Shown here: positions 20,864 to 31,307 of the stretch, in pieces
Numbering within the stretch: position 1 is the stretch's first letter
Layout of the letters: every line of letters begins with the position of its first letter
Source: an uncultured delta proteobacterium
Lineage (GTDB): Bacteria > Myxococcota_A > Polyangia > Polyangiales > Polyangiaceae
Length of the DNA: 64,000 bases
NCBI GenBank assembly: GCA_963806225.1
Contig: CAWDXG010000001.1
Location: forward strand, 1,440,001 to 1,504,000
Direction: 5' to 3'
The notes under the pieces: model-generated
Told to the model about the DNA's origin: nothing
Databases searched by the model: none
What the model saw: the letters and a program-made list of their open reading frames with translations, nothing else
Position numbers and translations under genes: made by a program

Positions 20864-21754
20864 CTAGCTGGAGACGGCGTGCACGCCTCGCGCGCCGAGG
20901 GAGAGATCGAGTCGGTGGTGTCCGAGCTCGCGTGCGAGCGCGGACAGCGCGGCCGAGGGCGGCGCTACCCCCACGAAGAGTGTCACGTCGCCACCGCCCG
21001 CGCCGGAGGGCAACACCGCGCCGCGCTCGCGCACGGCCTGCTCGGCGAGGCGGCGCACTTCCGCCGTGACGATCGGCGCGCCGGCGGCGTCGCCGAGATT
21101 GGCGAGGGCCGCGCACTGCAAGGCGAGGGCCGTCACGAACAGAGCGGCATCACCTTCATCCAGAGCCTGCACGGCATGTTCGCTGGCATGTCGCTGCGGC
21201 GTGGAAAGCGCCTGGTAGCGCGCTGCGTCGAGGGCGCGCACGCGCCCGAGCAGTTCTGCGGTGGAAGCGGGCTGGCCCGCGGTCCAGACCTCGACGTGCA
21301 ACGCGGCGGGCAGCGCGACCGCACGCAGCTGCAAGCCGTCCGCGCGCTGCGCGACCAGCGTGCCGCCGCGGCAGCTCGCGGCCACGTCGATGCCGCTGCC
21401 GCCGCCCTGCGCCTGGGCGTGCGCGGCGAGCGCCGGCGCGAGCACGGCGTCGCAGAGTGCGTCGTGATCGAGCGGGCCGTGCGCTTCGAGCGCGATGGCG
21501 GCGAGCGACGCGACCAGGATCGCGGCACTGGAGCCGAGGCCGAGCTTTTCTCCGCCTTCGCGCAGCGCGGAGGCATCGAACCAGGGCGCGGGGCGCGCGC
21601 CGATCGCTGCTTCGACCTCGGGCGTGATGCGCTCGGCGGGCCGGCTGCTGTCGGCCAAGGCGTAGCGATCGACGGCGCTGACGATGGCCGGCGCGCCGTC
21701 CAGCACGGCGTACGCGCCGGACAGCACGAGCTTGCCGGGCGCGCGGGCGATCAC
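20864..21754 (-). CDS. GHMP kinase, probable phosphomevalonate kinase
   Basis: APGKLVLSGAYAVL, KLGLGSSAA, GSGIDVAAS, PSGAGGGD; GTGA-coupled to mvaD. Confidence 0.85.
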   Translation of the reverse strand: MIARAPGKLVLSGAYAVLDGAPAIVSAVDRYALADSSRPAERITPEVEAAIGARPAPWFDASALREGGEKLGLGSSAAILVASLAAIALEAHGPLDHDALCDAVLAPALAAHAQAQGGGSGIDVAASCRGGTLVAQRADGLQLRAVALPAALHVEVWTAGQPASTAELLGRVRALDAARYQALSTPQRHASEHAVQALDEGDAALFVTALALQCAALANLGDAAGAPIVTAEVRRLAEQAVRERGAVLPSGAGGGDVTLFVGVAPPSAALSALARELGHHRLDLSLGARGVHAVSS

Positions 21755-22728
21755 TCCGCGTCCCCCTCGACCAGGTGCGCGTCGGGTCCAGGTGCGCAGC
21801 GGATCACGCGCCCGACGCCGGGCACGTCGAACAGTGCGGCGGCCACGCTGGTGGCGTCGGCGGGCGCCGTGAGCACCTTGACGTGCGGGCCGGCGTCCAT
21901 GGTGTAGAAGGCTGGCGTGCCGCTCTGGCGCAGGGCGCGCACGCGCTCCATCACCGACAGCGTGACGGGCGAGAAGTAGAGGACGGCGGGGCGCGCCGCG
22001 AGCATCGAGGCGTGCATCATCAGCGCGCTCTGCTCGGCGGCGGCGCCGAGCGCTTCCAGATCGCGCGCGAGCACCGCGGCGCGCACCTCGTCGTAGAGCC
22101 GCGGCGCGTGCTCGACCCAGGCGGCGTAGTAGGGGCTGGTCGCCGCGGTGTGCTGCATGCCCTCGGTGGAGCCAATCGACTTGGGTCCGGTCGCCGTCAC
22201 CGCGACCAGCATCGCCACCGGGAAGTGGTCGGGCGGCGCGATGCGCTCGGCGGATTCGGCGCCGGCGCCCAGCGAGGCGAAGCCGCCGTAGACGGAGCGG
22301 GCCGCGCTGGCGCTGGAGGCGCGGCCGAGCGCGCTCACCTCGTCGGGCGTGGCGTCGAGGCCGGCGGCCTTCGTGGCGGCGAGCGCCAGCGCCGCGAAGC
22401 CGGACGCGCTGGAGGCGAGGCCCGCTGCCGTGGGGAAGTCGTTGTGCGACACGACGCGGGCGCGCGTTTCGAGGCCGGCGCGCGTGCGCACGCGGTCGAG
22501 CAGCTGGATGATGCGCGCCAGCGGACGTCCAGCGACGGGCTGGTCGTCGAGCCGCGCCTCGTCGCTCTCGAGCGCCGCGTCGAACTCCACGCTGGTGGTG
22601 GTGGAGAGCGCGTCGAGCGTGAGCGAGAGACTCGGCACGGCGGGCAGGTTCCGCTCCACGTCGGCCTTGCCCCAGTACTTGGCCAGGGCGATGTTCGAGT
22701 GGGCGACGGCGCGGGCCACGCGGCTCAT
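21751..22728 (-). CDS. mvaD: Diphosphomevalonate decarboxylase
   Basis: SNIALAKYWGK, PSLSLTL, NDFPTAAGLASSASGFAAL, SAARS, YTMDAGPHVK. Confidence 0.95.
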   Translation of the reverse strand: MSRVARAVAHSNIALAKYWGKADVERNLPAVPSLSLTLDALSTTTSVEFDAALESDEARLDDQPVAGRPLARIIQLLDRVRTRAGLETRARVVSHNDFPTAAGLASSASGFAALALAATKAAGLDATPDEVSALGRASSASAARSVYGGFASLGAGAESAERIAPPDHFPVAMLVAVTATGPKSIGSTEGMQHTAATSPYYAAWVEHAPRLYDEVRAAVLARDLEALGAAAEQSALMMHASMLAARPAVLYFSPVTLSVMERVRALRQSGTPAFYTMDAGPHVKVLTAPADATSVAAALFDVPGVGRVIRCAPGPDAHLVEGDAE

Positions 22729-23612
22729 GCTGCCGGCTCCCGCGCGTGCACCACGGCCTCGAAGCACTCGAGGCCGCGGGACTTCCACGCTTCGAGCACC
22801 GGGCCCGCGTCTTCTTCAACCAGCGCGACCACGCAGCCGCCGCCGCCCGCGCCGGTGAGCTTCGCGCCGAGCGCGCCGGCGTCGCGCGCGACGCGGCAGG
22901 CGTTCTCGATCTCCTCCGTCGACAGGAACAGCCCGCTCAAGAGCATCTGGTTCAGATCCATCAGGCGGCCGAGGCCGGTGGTGTCGCCGCTCTCCAGGCA
23001 CAGGCGCGCGTTCTTCACGAGTGACAGGATTCCGTCGGCGGTCTTGTCGAAGAGCTCCCGCTTGCGGTCGCGCAGTCTCGCCACGCCCTCCACCATCTCG
23101 CGTGTGCTCGCCGGCGGACCGGCCACGGCAATGGCCAGCCGCAGCGGATCGATCAGCCGGATGGGCGTGGGGCCGTCGGCGCGGGTGAAGTAGATACAGC
23201 CGCCGTGCGCGGCGGCGGCGGCGTCGATGCCCGACGGGTTGCCGTGGAAGACGCGCTCCCACGCGGTGGCGGCTTCGATCACGTCGCCCGCGCCGCCGGC
23301 GTCGAGGACGGCGCGCGCGATGGCGACGCCGATGGCGGCCGAGGCGCCCAGCCCGGAGCCGGCCGGGATCTCCAGCTCGACCTCGACGGCGAGCGGCGGT
23401 GCGCCGAGCACGTCCGAGAGCGCGGAAAAGGCGCGGGCGATCTCGCTGTCGCTGGCGGGATCGACGCTTTCGTTGCCGAGCTTCAGCGAGGCCTTTCCAG
23501 CGGGGCGCGCGACGGCGCTGGCGCCGCGGTCGATGCCTGCGGCGATGGCGGGCACGCCGTACACGACGGTGTGTTCGCCGAGCAGGATCACCTTGCCGTT
23601 CGCGTGCGCCAT
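22725..23612 (-). CDS. mvk: Mevalonate kinase
   Basis: GKVILLGEHTVVYG, PAGSGLGASAA, HGNPSGIDA, GAKLTGAGGGG. Confidence 0.93.
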   Translation of the reverse strand: MAHANGKVILLGEHTVVYGVPAIAAGIDRGASAVARPAGKASLKLGNESVDPASDSEIARAFSALSDVLGAPPLAVEVELEIPAGSGLGASAAIGVAIARAVLDAGGAGDVIEAATAWERVFHGNPSGIDAAAAAHGGCIYFTRADGPTPIRLIDPLRLAIAVAGPPASTREMVEGVARLRDRKRELFDKTADGILSLVKNARLCLESGDTTGLGRLMDLNQMLLSGLFLSTEEIENACRVARDAGALGAKLTGAGGGGCVVALVEEDAGPVLEAWKSRGLECFEAVVHAREPAA

Positions 23613-23649
23613 CCCTTTGTTGCTGCCGGACGTTTCGCTAGCCGTTGGG

Positions 23650-24765
23650 TTACCTCTGGCGGGCGGTGAGCGCGTGGGCGGCTCCGACGAGCAGTTCCTT
23701 GCCCTCGGGCGTGATGCGCCCGGCCTTCAGCGCGACCAGCGCGCTGGTGTACAGCTCGTCGATGCGCTCTTCGATCACCTGCCGAGCTCCGGAGCGTTCC
23801 AGCACGTCGACGGCGCGGCGGATCTGCGCGTCGGTCGCGCGCGCGTTGCCGACCACGCTCTTGAGCGTCCGGTGATCCCGCCCCTTGGCGCGGCGCAGCG
23901 CGGCGAGCAGCAGCGCGGTGCGCTTGCCGCTCTTCAGATCGCTGCCGAAGGGCTTGCCGGTCTGCGCCGGATCGCCGAAGGCGCTCAAGAGGTCGTCGCG
24001 CATCTGGAACGCCACGCCGATGGGCAGTGCGAAGCGATCGAGCGTGGTGATCACTCGCGGCGAGGCGCCGGCCATGAGCGCGCCGACCCGCAGCGGGCCG
24101 CGCACGGTGTAGCTGCCCGTCTTGAGCTCGTAGGTTTTCTCCACGTCGCGGGCGCGGCCGATCAGGTCCAGCTGCTGGCCCGTCACCGCGTCGAGCTGCA
24201 TGCGCGCGAAGTTGGCGAACACGCGCGGCGCGTAGGCCGGCTTCATGTCGACGCGCGCGAGCGCCTCGGCGGCGAGCGCCGCGGCGTAGTCGCCGGCCAG
24301 GATCCCGGAGGCGTGACCGATGCGTTGCGAGCGGAAGCGCTTGGCGAGCAGGGCGTGCACGGCGGGACCGCCGCGCCGCACGGTGTCGCGATCCATCCAG
24401 TCGTCGTGGATCAGGAAGTAGGCCTGCAGGAGCTCGAGCGCCACGCCCGCGTCGAGAGCGGGCTCCAGATCCGCCGTCGCGCTGGCGGCGCGGTAGCCCG
24501 CGACGAGCAGCGCGGGCCTGAGCCGTTTGCCTCCGCGCAGGCACAGGTCCCGCGTGGCCGAGACCATTTCCAGCACCTCGGCGCCGTAGGGCTTGGCGGC
24601 GTCCAGCTTGGCGTCGAGGAAGCCCCCGAGGCGCGCGTCGATGTCCTTCCGGATCTCCTCGAGCATGGCCACGAACGGGTTGCCCGGAATGGCCTTGGCG
24701 TGCGATCGGCCGGAACGCCCGCCCCGGCCGCGTCGCCCGCTGGAACTCCCCGTCCTGGAAGGCAT
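23650..24765 (-). CDS. Short-chain trans-isoprenyl diphosphate synthase (FPP/GGPP synthase family)
   Basis: GGKRLRP, ELLQAYFLIHDDWMD...RRG, GQQLD, KTGSY, FQMRDDLL, DLKSGK. Start position uncertain. Confidence 0.9.
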   Translation of the reverse strand: MPSRTGSSSGRRGRGGRSGRSHAKAIPGNPFVAMLEEIRKDIDARLGGFLDAKLDAAKPYGAEVLEMVSATRDLCLRGGKRLRPALLVAGYRAASATADLEPALDAGVALELLQAYFLIHDDWMDRDTVRRGGPAVHALLAKRFRSQRIGHASGILAGDYAAALAAEALARVDMKPAYAPRVFANFARMQLDAVTGQQLDLIGRARDVEKTYELKTGSYTVRGPLRVGALMAGASPRVITTLDRFALPIGVAFQMRDDLLSAFGDPAQTGKPFGSDLKSGKRTALLLAALRRAKGRDHRTLKSVVGNARATDAQIRRAVDVLERSGARQVIEERIDELYTSALVALKAGRITPEGKELLVGAAHALTARQR

Positions 24766-24883
24766 TTTTCTCCGCGCAGCGTAGGGTCGGGTCCGGGTCG
24801 TGTCAACATGCCCTCCGGCGCAAAAAGCCGCGGAATGCCTTGCTTTTGGCCGGGATCCGGGGCTCGCTCGGCGAAGAGCAGCC

Positions 24884-25945
24884 ATGGCCGACATCTCCTC
24901 GCGCAAAGACGACCATCTGGATCTGGCGACGCATGGCGACGTCGGCTTCCGCCGCACCACGACGCTCTTCGAGTGCGTGCGGCTGGTGCACAACGCCCTG
25001 CCCGAGCTCGACTTCGAGAGCCTCGATCTGTCCGTGCGGATCCTGGGCAAGCGGCTGAAGGCACCGTTGCTGATCGCCGGCATGACCGGCGGTACCGATC
25101 GGGCGCGCGACATCAACCGCGAGCTGGCCTCGATCGCGGAGGAGCGCGGCTACGCGTTCGGGCTGGGCAGCCAGCGCGCCATGCTCAAGCGAAAGCAGAC
25201 CGCGTCCAGCTACCAGGTGCGGGACGTGGCGCCGAACGTGCTCTTGCTGGGCAACATCGGCGTCGTCCAGGCGGCGAAGATGAGCACGGACGAGCTGGCC
25301 GCGCTGGTCGGCGAGGTGGGCGCCGATGCGCTGTGCGTGCATCTGAATCCGGCGATGGAGCTGGTGCAGAAGGAAGGCGATCGCGATTTCCGCGGCGGGC
25401 TCGATACGCTGGCGCGCCTTTCGCGCGAGCTGCCGGTGCCGGTGGTGGCCAAGGAGACGGGCTCGGGGCTGTCACCCGACGTGGCGCGCCGGCTCGCCGG
25501 AGCGGGCGTCAGGCACGTCGACGTGTCGGGCGCGGGCGGCACGTCCTGGGTTGCCGTGGAAACCGAGCGCGCGAGCGCGGAGCGGCGCGGCCTCGGCGAG
25601 GCCTTCCGCGAGTGGGGGATCCCCACGGCGGCGAGCGTGGCGCTGGTCGAGCCGTTCGGCTTCGACACGGTGTTCGCGACGGGCGGGGTGTCGACCGGGC
25701 TGGAAGTGGCCAAGGCCATCGTGCTCGGCGCCAGCGCGGGGGGCATCGCGCGGCGCGTGCTGCAGGCCCTGGATCAAGGCGGCCGCGACGGCGCGCTGTC
25801 GATGCTCGACCAGGTGGAGACGGAGCTCCGCATGGCGATGCTGCTGGTCGGCGCCGCCGACGTGGCCACGCTCCGCACGCGGCCCCGGCTGCTGCTCGGC
25901 GAGCTCCACGCGTGGGTCGAGCAGGTCGGCGGGAGGGCGTGCTAG
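24884..25945 (+). CDS. fni: Type 2 isopentenyl-diphosphate delta-isomerase (FMN-dependent)
   Basis: RKDDHL, HNALPE, GMTGG, GSQR, HLNPAME, KETGSG, GAGGTSW, EWGIPT. Confidence 0.95.
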   Translation: MADISSRKDDHLDLATHGDVGFRRTTTLFECVRLVHNALPELDFESLDLSVRILGKRLKAPLLIAGMTGGTDRARDINRELASIAEERGYAFGLGSQRAMLKRKQTASSYQVRDVAPNVLLLGNIGVVQAAKMSTDELAALVGEVGADALCVHLNPAMELVQKEGDRDFRGGLDTLARLSRELPVPVVAKETGSGLSPDVARRLAGAGVRHVDVSGAGGTSWVAVETERASAERRGLGEAFREWGIPTAASVALVEPFGFDTVFATGGVSTGLEVAKAIVLGASAGGIARRVLQALDQGGRDGALSMLDQVETELRMAMLLVGAADVATLRTRPRLLLGELHAWVEQVGGRAC

Positions 25946-25959
25946 CGTCCCCGGCAACG

Positions 25960-27030
25960 ATGCAGTGGCTCCGCTCGAGCTTCGTCCGCCGTGCCCGCCG
26001 TCTGCTGCCGGCACTGGTGCTGCTCGTCCCCGCGTGTGACTTCCACTGTGGCGGCGGCCCACCGAAGAAGGCGGCCCAGCACATCAGCGACTCCGGACCG
26101 GGCCGCGTGGAGATGGTGCGCAATGGTAGCGAGCCCCGCGTCAAGCTCTCGGTCGGACGTTGGACGGGGCTTCGCTACCACATGGAGCTGACCAGCAGCG
26201 GTTCGTTCGGGGTCACGGGGCGCCCGCCGCTGCGTCCGCCGGCGACGGTGGCGACCCTGGGCTTGACGGTCATCCGCGGCACCGCCAACCCGGTTCCGTG
26301 CGGCGGGCGGCACTGCGTCGAGGAGCGCGCCGTGTTCGAGAGCCTGCGCGTCAAGGGCGGCGGCCTGCCGCCGGAGCTGGCGGCGAAGACCAACCAGGCG
26401 CTGGCGGTGATCGACGGGACGACCATGCGCCAGCTCGTGACGGACGACGGCGAGATCGCCGAGATGAAGACCGAGCTGGTCGGCGGCAAGAAGCCCGACC
26501 CGCAGGTGCAGAAGACCCTCGACCAGGTCTGGGACTCGCAGCGGCACTTCCCGTTCCGTCTGCCGCCGGTGCCGGTGGGGGTCGGGGCGAGCTGGCGCTT
26601 CACCGAGCCGACGGAGCTGCGCGGGGTGCGCGCGATGCAGCTGGCAGACATGACCATCGTCGGCATGGACGAAAGGAGCGTCCGCATCCGCATCCGGCTG
26701 CATCAGCAGGCGCCGCGGCAGGAGCTGGAGAATCCGCTCGACCCCAGCTCCACGGCCATCCTCGAGCGCTATCGCGGCGACGGCCAGGGCGAGCTCACCA
26801 TCGACCGCGAGACGGCCGTGATGCTTCGCGCCCACCTCGCGATCACCGCCAGCCTGCGGCTCAGTGCGCTCGACGAGCAGGGGCACAAGAAGCAGGTGAC
26901 GTTCGTGGCGGCGACACTGATGCAGGCGCGCGGTTCGATCGGCGCGCCCGAAGCCGGCGCGTCCAGAGCGGACGCCGGCACCGACGGGGCCGCCGAAGCC
27001 GCGGTGGCCGACGGCGGAACTGCGCCGTGA
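25960..27030 (+). CDS. Hypothetical exported lipoprotein
   Basis: Basic N-region plus LVLLVPAC lipobox; beta-rich body with LPPVPVGVGASW. Starts 14 nt after fni and is GTGA-coupled to the next gene. Confidence 0.7.
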   Translation: MQWLRSSFVRRARRLLPALVLLVPACDFHCGGGPPKKAAQHISDSGPGRVEMVRNGSEPRVKLSVGRWTGLRYHMELTSSGSFGVTGRPPLRPPATVATLGLTVIRGTANPVPCGGRHCVEERAVFESLRVKGGGLPPELAAKTNQALAVIDGTTMRQLVTDDGEIAEMKTELVGGKKPDPQVQKTLDQVWDSQRHFPFRLPPVPVGVGASWRFTEPTELRGVRAMQLADMTIVGMDERSVRIRIRLHQQAPRQELENPLDPSSTAILERYRGDGQGELTIDRETAVMLRAHLAITASLRLSALDEQGHKKQVTFVAATLMQARGSIGAPEAGASRADAGTDGAAEAAVADGGTAP

Positions 27031-29471
27031 AGGACGGCTATTCGCTACGCGCCGGCCTGGGCGTGCTGCTGCTCAGCACGGCGCTGATGACGACCGAGCT
27101 CGTGCTCACGCGCATCTTCTCGGTCATCGTCTGGTACCACTTCGCTTTCTTCGCGATCTCGGTCGCGCTGTTCGGCAGCGGCGCCGCCGCGCTGGTGGTG
27201 CACCTGGCGCAGCAGCGGCTGGCCTCGCGGGGGACGGGGCGGCTGCTCGCCGCCGGAGCGCTGGCGCTCGCGGCGGCGGTGGTGCTGGTGGATCTCGCGC
27301 TCCTGCACGTGACGCCGGACTGGTTCGGCAGCGGCGCGGGCTTCGCGCACCTGACGCTCAAGCTGCTGGCGCTGTTCCTGCTCACGGCGCTGCCGTTCTT
27401 CTGCGGCGGGTTTGCGCTGGCGCTTGCCGTGCTGCGCTTCTCGCGCGTGGTGCACCGCGTCTACTACCAGGATCTGCTGGGCGCCGGGCTCGGTTGCCTG
27501 CTTGTGATCCCGCTGCTGGGCGCGCTGGGCGGGCCGCTGTCGCTGCTGGCTGCGTCGTTCGCCGCCATCATGGCCGCGCTGCTCTTCGCGGGCTCCGGCC
27601 CCGAACGCATGTCGCGCGGGCTCGCGCTGGGCGCGGCGGCGGGCGCGCTTGTGCTGGTTGGGTTGGCGCTGACCAATCCGCAGACGAAGCTGTTCCGCGT
27701 GAGCGTGGCCAAGGGCATCCCGCTCGCGCGGCTGCACCCCGAGTTCAACCGCTGGAACTCGTTCTCGATGGTGACGGTGCTGCCGCAGATGGGCTTCCGC
27801 GGCTGGGGGCTCTCGCCCGCCTACAAGGGGCCGATCGCCAAGCAGAAGACGCTGGTCATCGACATGAACGCGATGACCACGCTCACGCGCTTCAACGGCT
27901 CGTTCGACAGCGTGCGCTACGTCTCGTTTGATCTCGGCGCGTTCGTCTACCGGCTCGCGCCGGATGCGGGTCGCGTGTGCGTGGTCGGTGCCGGCGGCGG
28001 CAAGGACGTGCTCGCGGCGCTGGCTTCGGGGGCGAAGCACGCGACCGCCGTCGAGATCAATCCGCTCATCGTCAACGACGTGGTCCGCGGGAAGTTCCGC
28101 GCTTTCACCGGCGACCTGTACGACCGCAAGGACGTGAGCGTGGCCGTCGAGGACGGCCGCGCCTTCGTGCGCCGACATGCGGGACAGTTCAACGTCCTGC
28201 AGCTGAGCATGGTCGACACGTCGGCGGCGACAGCGGCGGGCGCCTATGCGCTGACCGAGAACAGCCTCTACACCGCCGACGCCTTTCGCGACTTCCTGAA
28301 GAGCCTGCGTCCGGGGGGCCTGCTCAGCGTCTCGTCGGTCAGCCTGCCCGGGCTCGCCGTGGGCGCTCGGCTGGCCAGCATCGCGCGCGCGGCCGTGGTC
28401 GAGCGCGGCGGCGATCCGTCGCGCTCGGTGCTCGTGCTCTCCACGCCCTGGCTGAACGCGAAGCGGGCCACGCTATACAACCTGATCGTCAAGCCGGATG
28501 GCTTTTCGCCGGCCGAGGCGGATCGCGCCCTCGGGCTCGCGCGGCAGCTGCGGTTCGCGCCCGTCTACGTGCCCGGTCGCGCCCCGACGCCGGACGGCAT
28601 CGAGCAGCGCTGGATTGCGCAGATCCTCGGCGCGCGTGACAGCGCCGCCCTGGCCAGGACCGAACGCAGCTGGCCGTTGGACGTCTCCGCCACCACGGAC
28701 GATCACCCGTTCTTCTTCTACCAGAACCGTCTGCGCGATCTGTGGCGCTCGTTCGGTGCGCCGGAGCCGTCACATCCGTTCGGCAATGGGCTCGTCATCC
28801 TGTCCAAGGTGGTGCTGGTCTCGGTGGTGCTGGCGCTGTTGTTTCTCTTGATCCCGTTCTGGTGGGGCCGGCGCGAGCTCGGTGCGGGGCACGGCGCCGT
28901 GGGTTGGGATCTCGCGTACGTCGCGTGTCTCGGTTTCGGCTTCATGTTCATCGAGATAGCGCTGATGCTGCGCTTCAGCCTGTACCTCGGGCACCCGACG
29001 CTGACCTTGAGCGTGGTGCTGCTGGTGCTGCTCGTCGCCAGTGCGTTCGGCAGCCGTCTGCTGGCGCGGGGCGGGCCGGGGCAGAGCCGGCGTCTGCGCT
29101 GGGCGCTGGGCGCGCTGGTGGTCTACGCGCTGCTTCTGGTGGTGTTTGCCGGGCGCGCGATCGCACTGGGCTCCGGTGCCTCGGGGCTGGTGCGCTCGCT
29201 GGTGGCCGCGGCGCTGATCGCGCCGCTCGGATTCCTGCTCGGTGTGCCGTTCCCGACTGGCCTGCGCGCGGTGGCGGAACGCGCCAACTCGCGCATCCCC
29301 TGGCTGTGGAGCGTCAATAGCGCCACGTCGGTGCTCGGCTCGGTGCTGGCGACGCTCGTCGCGCTGCACGCGGGGATCCCGGCGACGCTGGCGACGGGCG
29401 CTGCCCTGTACGGGGTCGTGCTGGCCCTGTCGTTCAAGGTGGTCGGCGCCGAGCCGGTCACGGACGCCTGA
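27027..29471 (+). CDS. Polytopic membrane protein with inserted class I SAM-binding (spermidine synthase-like) domain, copy 1
   Basis: 7 TM + VCVVGAGGGKD...VEINP...EDGRAF...ENSLYT...TTDDHPFF + 7 TM. Confidence 0.85.
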   Translation: MKDGYSLRAGLGVLLLSTALMTTELVLTRIFSVIVWYHFAFFAISVALFGSGAAALVVHLAQQRLASRGTGRLLAAGALALAAAVVLVDLALLHVTPDWFGSGAGFAHLTLKLLALFLLTALPFFCGGFALALAVLRFSRVVHRVYYQDLLGAGLGCLLVIPLLGALGGPLSLLAASFAAIMAALLFAGSGPERMSRGLALGAAAGALVLVGLALTNPQTKLFRVSVAKGIPLARLHPEFNRWNSFSMVTVLPQMGFRGWGLSPAYKGPIAKQKTLVIDMNAMTTLTRFNGSFDSVRYVSFDLGAFVYRLAPDAGRVCVVGAGGGKDVLAALASGAKHATAVEINPLIVNDVVRGKFRAFTGDLYDRKDVSVAVEDGRAFVRRHAGQFNVLQLSMVDTSAATAAGAYALTENSLYTADAFRDFLKSLRPGGLLSVSSVSLPGLAVGARLASIARAAVVERGGDPSRSVLVLSTPWLNAKRATLYNLIVKPDGFSPAEADRALGLARQLRFAPVYVPGRAPTPDGIEQRWIAQILGARDSAALARTERSWPLDVSATTDDHPFFFYQNRLRDLWRSFGAPEPSHPFGNGLVILSKVVLVSVVLALLFLLIPFWWGRRELGAGHGAVGWDLAYVACLGFGFMFIEIALMLRFSLYLGHPTLTLSVVLLVLLVASAFGSRLLARGGPGQSRRLRWALGALVVYALLLVVFAGRAIALGSGASGLVRSLVAAALIAPLGFLLGVPFPTGLRAVAERANSRIPWLWSVNSATSVLGSVLATLVALHAGIPATLATGAALYGVVLALSFKVVGAEPVTDA

Positions 29472-31248
29472 GCGCGTCGAGAATCACCCTGGAAAGGCCC
29501 GGCAGCCTCAGGGAATGGCCCGGCCGCGGCAGGCGCAGCCGCTCCAGCCCCTTGGCGCCCATGGTCAGCACCACGAAGCGCGACGAGTCGAGATCGCCAT
29601 CGAAGTGGTAGCGCAGCCGCTTCGGCCCCCAACCGTCCATGGCCAGGACCTCCACGTCCATGCCGCGGACATGGAAACGCTCGCCGGCCCGGAGTGGCCG
29701 ATCGGCGGTGCGCAGCAGGTCGACCATCGGCAGCTCCAGCAGGCTGCTGTGCTCCGTGGCGAGCTCCAGCGTGTCGGGGGCGACACGGCGCAGGCGGATC
29801 GGCTGCCAGGTGGTGCTGAGCGCGCGCCAGGCGTGGGGCAGGGGGCTGCCGGCTTCGTGGCGGACGTAGGGCGGATAGAGCAGCGTCATCGGCTCGAACG
29901 AGTTGAGCAGGACGAGCGTCCGGCCGTTCAGCTGCTGGTCGTCGAGCTTCGCGCGAGCATACAGAGTGCGGGGCATCTGCTGCGCGGCGCTCCAGCCGGC
30001 GGCGCTGGCGAACGTGCTCAGCGGGGCACCCAGCACATGCGAGCCGAGCAGCCCCAGTCCGACCAGTCCGCCCAGCCACACCAGAGGTCGCTTGAGTGCG
30101 CCGGTTTCACGGAAGCGCCGCGCCGCATCGCGGAGCAGCACGCCGACGAACACGCAGCCGCCCAGCGCCGGAATCAGCAGCAGGCGCGCAGAGGGTTGGG
30201 TGCCCAGCGTGGGCAGCATGGAAAGGACCGAGCCGAGCAGCAAAAACAGCACAGTGCGTCGTTCGGCCGGCTCGAGGCGTCGTACCGCTCCGGGCGTCAG
30301 CACGGCGATCGCGGCGAGCATCGGGACCGAGAGCCACACCGCCATGGAGTGCTGGAGCAGCGCGAAGTGGGCGAACTGGGCGGGTACGTGCAACAGCTCG
30401 GCGACGAGCAGAGCCGGGAACCTCGAGAGCGCACTCACGGCGAACAGCAGCGGCCGCCGAAGCGGGTCCAGGTAGACGCTCGAGCCGCGCGCGCCGTAGC
30501 CCAACGCGACGTGCACGGCTACGTACGCCGCGAGCGGGATCGCAACGGGCCAGAGCGCGCGCACCCGGCGCTTGAACCCGCCCGGGCCGGCCACCAGCTC
30601 GTACGCGAGCAGGTAGCCGAGCATCGCGAGCGCGTACTCACCGCCGGCCAGCGACAGCGCAAAGGCCAGAGCCGCGAGCAGCGGACTCCGGCTCGAGCCG
30701 CGTTCGCGCGAGGCGATGTGCGCCCACAGCGCGAGCAGGCCGAACAGCCCGCTGATGATCGCGTTGCGGTTCGCCAGCCAGCCGAGCGGGACGATGCTGG
30801 CGGGGTCGAACGCGTAGATCGCCACGGCGATCAGCGCGAGCGCTGTCGGGACCCGTTTGCGCAGGAAAGCCGCGAACACGAGCAGCAGTGCTAGCCACCA
30901 CAAGAGCGAATGCAGGTGCTGCACGAAGGGCGACAGGTGCAGCACGTTCACGTCCAGGGCGATCAGCAGGCTGGACAGCGGGCGAAGCGCCGTGAGCTTG
31001 AGCTGGGGGTGCGTCCACCAGGGAAACGTGCCGGCGTCCTTCAGCGGCCCGAGATCGCCCCGCGAGGCGTCCACGAACGCGAAAAGATCGAGCGTCGAGC
31101 GCTGGACCGGGTAGCTGCCGTCCAGCATGGATCGCTGCAGATAGTCGTCCGCAACCAGGCCTGAGTGGACCACCGGCCAGTGGGCGGCGCACCCGATCAC
31201 GGCGAGCGCGAGCACGACTAGCGCGTAGCGCCGGCGACCCATGGCCAT
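29458..31248 (-). CDS. GT-C-fold (TMTC/PMT-like) membrane glycosyltransferase A1
   Basis: Acidic pair ADDY after TM1, LRPLSSL, HLHSLLW, GWLANR, GE motif; many TM helices plus a soluble C-terminal domain. Confidence 0.65.
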   Translation of the reverse strand: MAMGRRRYALVVLALAVIGCAAHWPVVHSGLVADDYLQRSMLDGSYPVQRSTLDLFAFVDASRGDLGPLKDAGTFPWWTHPQLKLTALRPLSSLLIALDVNVLHLSPFVQHLHSLLWWLALLLVFAAFLRKRVPTALALIAVAIYAFDPASIVPLGWLANRNAIISGLFGLLALWAHIASRERGSSRSPLLAALAFALSLAGGEYALAMLGYLLAYELVAGPGGFKRRVRALWPVAIPLAAYVAVHVALGYGARGSSVYLDPLRRPLLFAVSALSRFPALLVAELLHVPAQFAHFALLQHSMAVWLSVPMLAAIAVLTPGAVRRLEPAERRTVLFLLLGSVLSMLPTLGTQPSARLLLIPALGGCVFVGVLLRDAARRFRETGALKRPLVWLGGLVGLGLLGSHVLGAPLSTFASAAGWSAAQQMPRTLYARAKLDDQQLNGRTLVLLNSFEPMTLLYPPYVRHEAGSPLPHAWRALSTTWQPIRLRRVAPDTLELATEHSSLLELPMVDLLRTADRPLRAGERFHVRGMDVEVLAMDGWGPKRLRYHFDGDLDSSRFVVLTMGAKGLERLRLPRPGHSLRLPGLSRVILDALRRP

Positions 31249-31307
31249 CGCGCCTCGTTCTAGCATCCTCCGCCGCTTGGGCGTTGCCGAATCCGGCTGT
31301 GTCGTCT

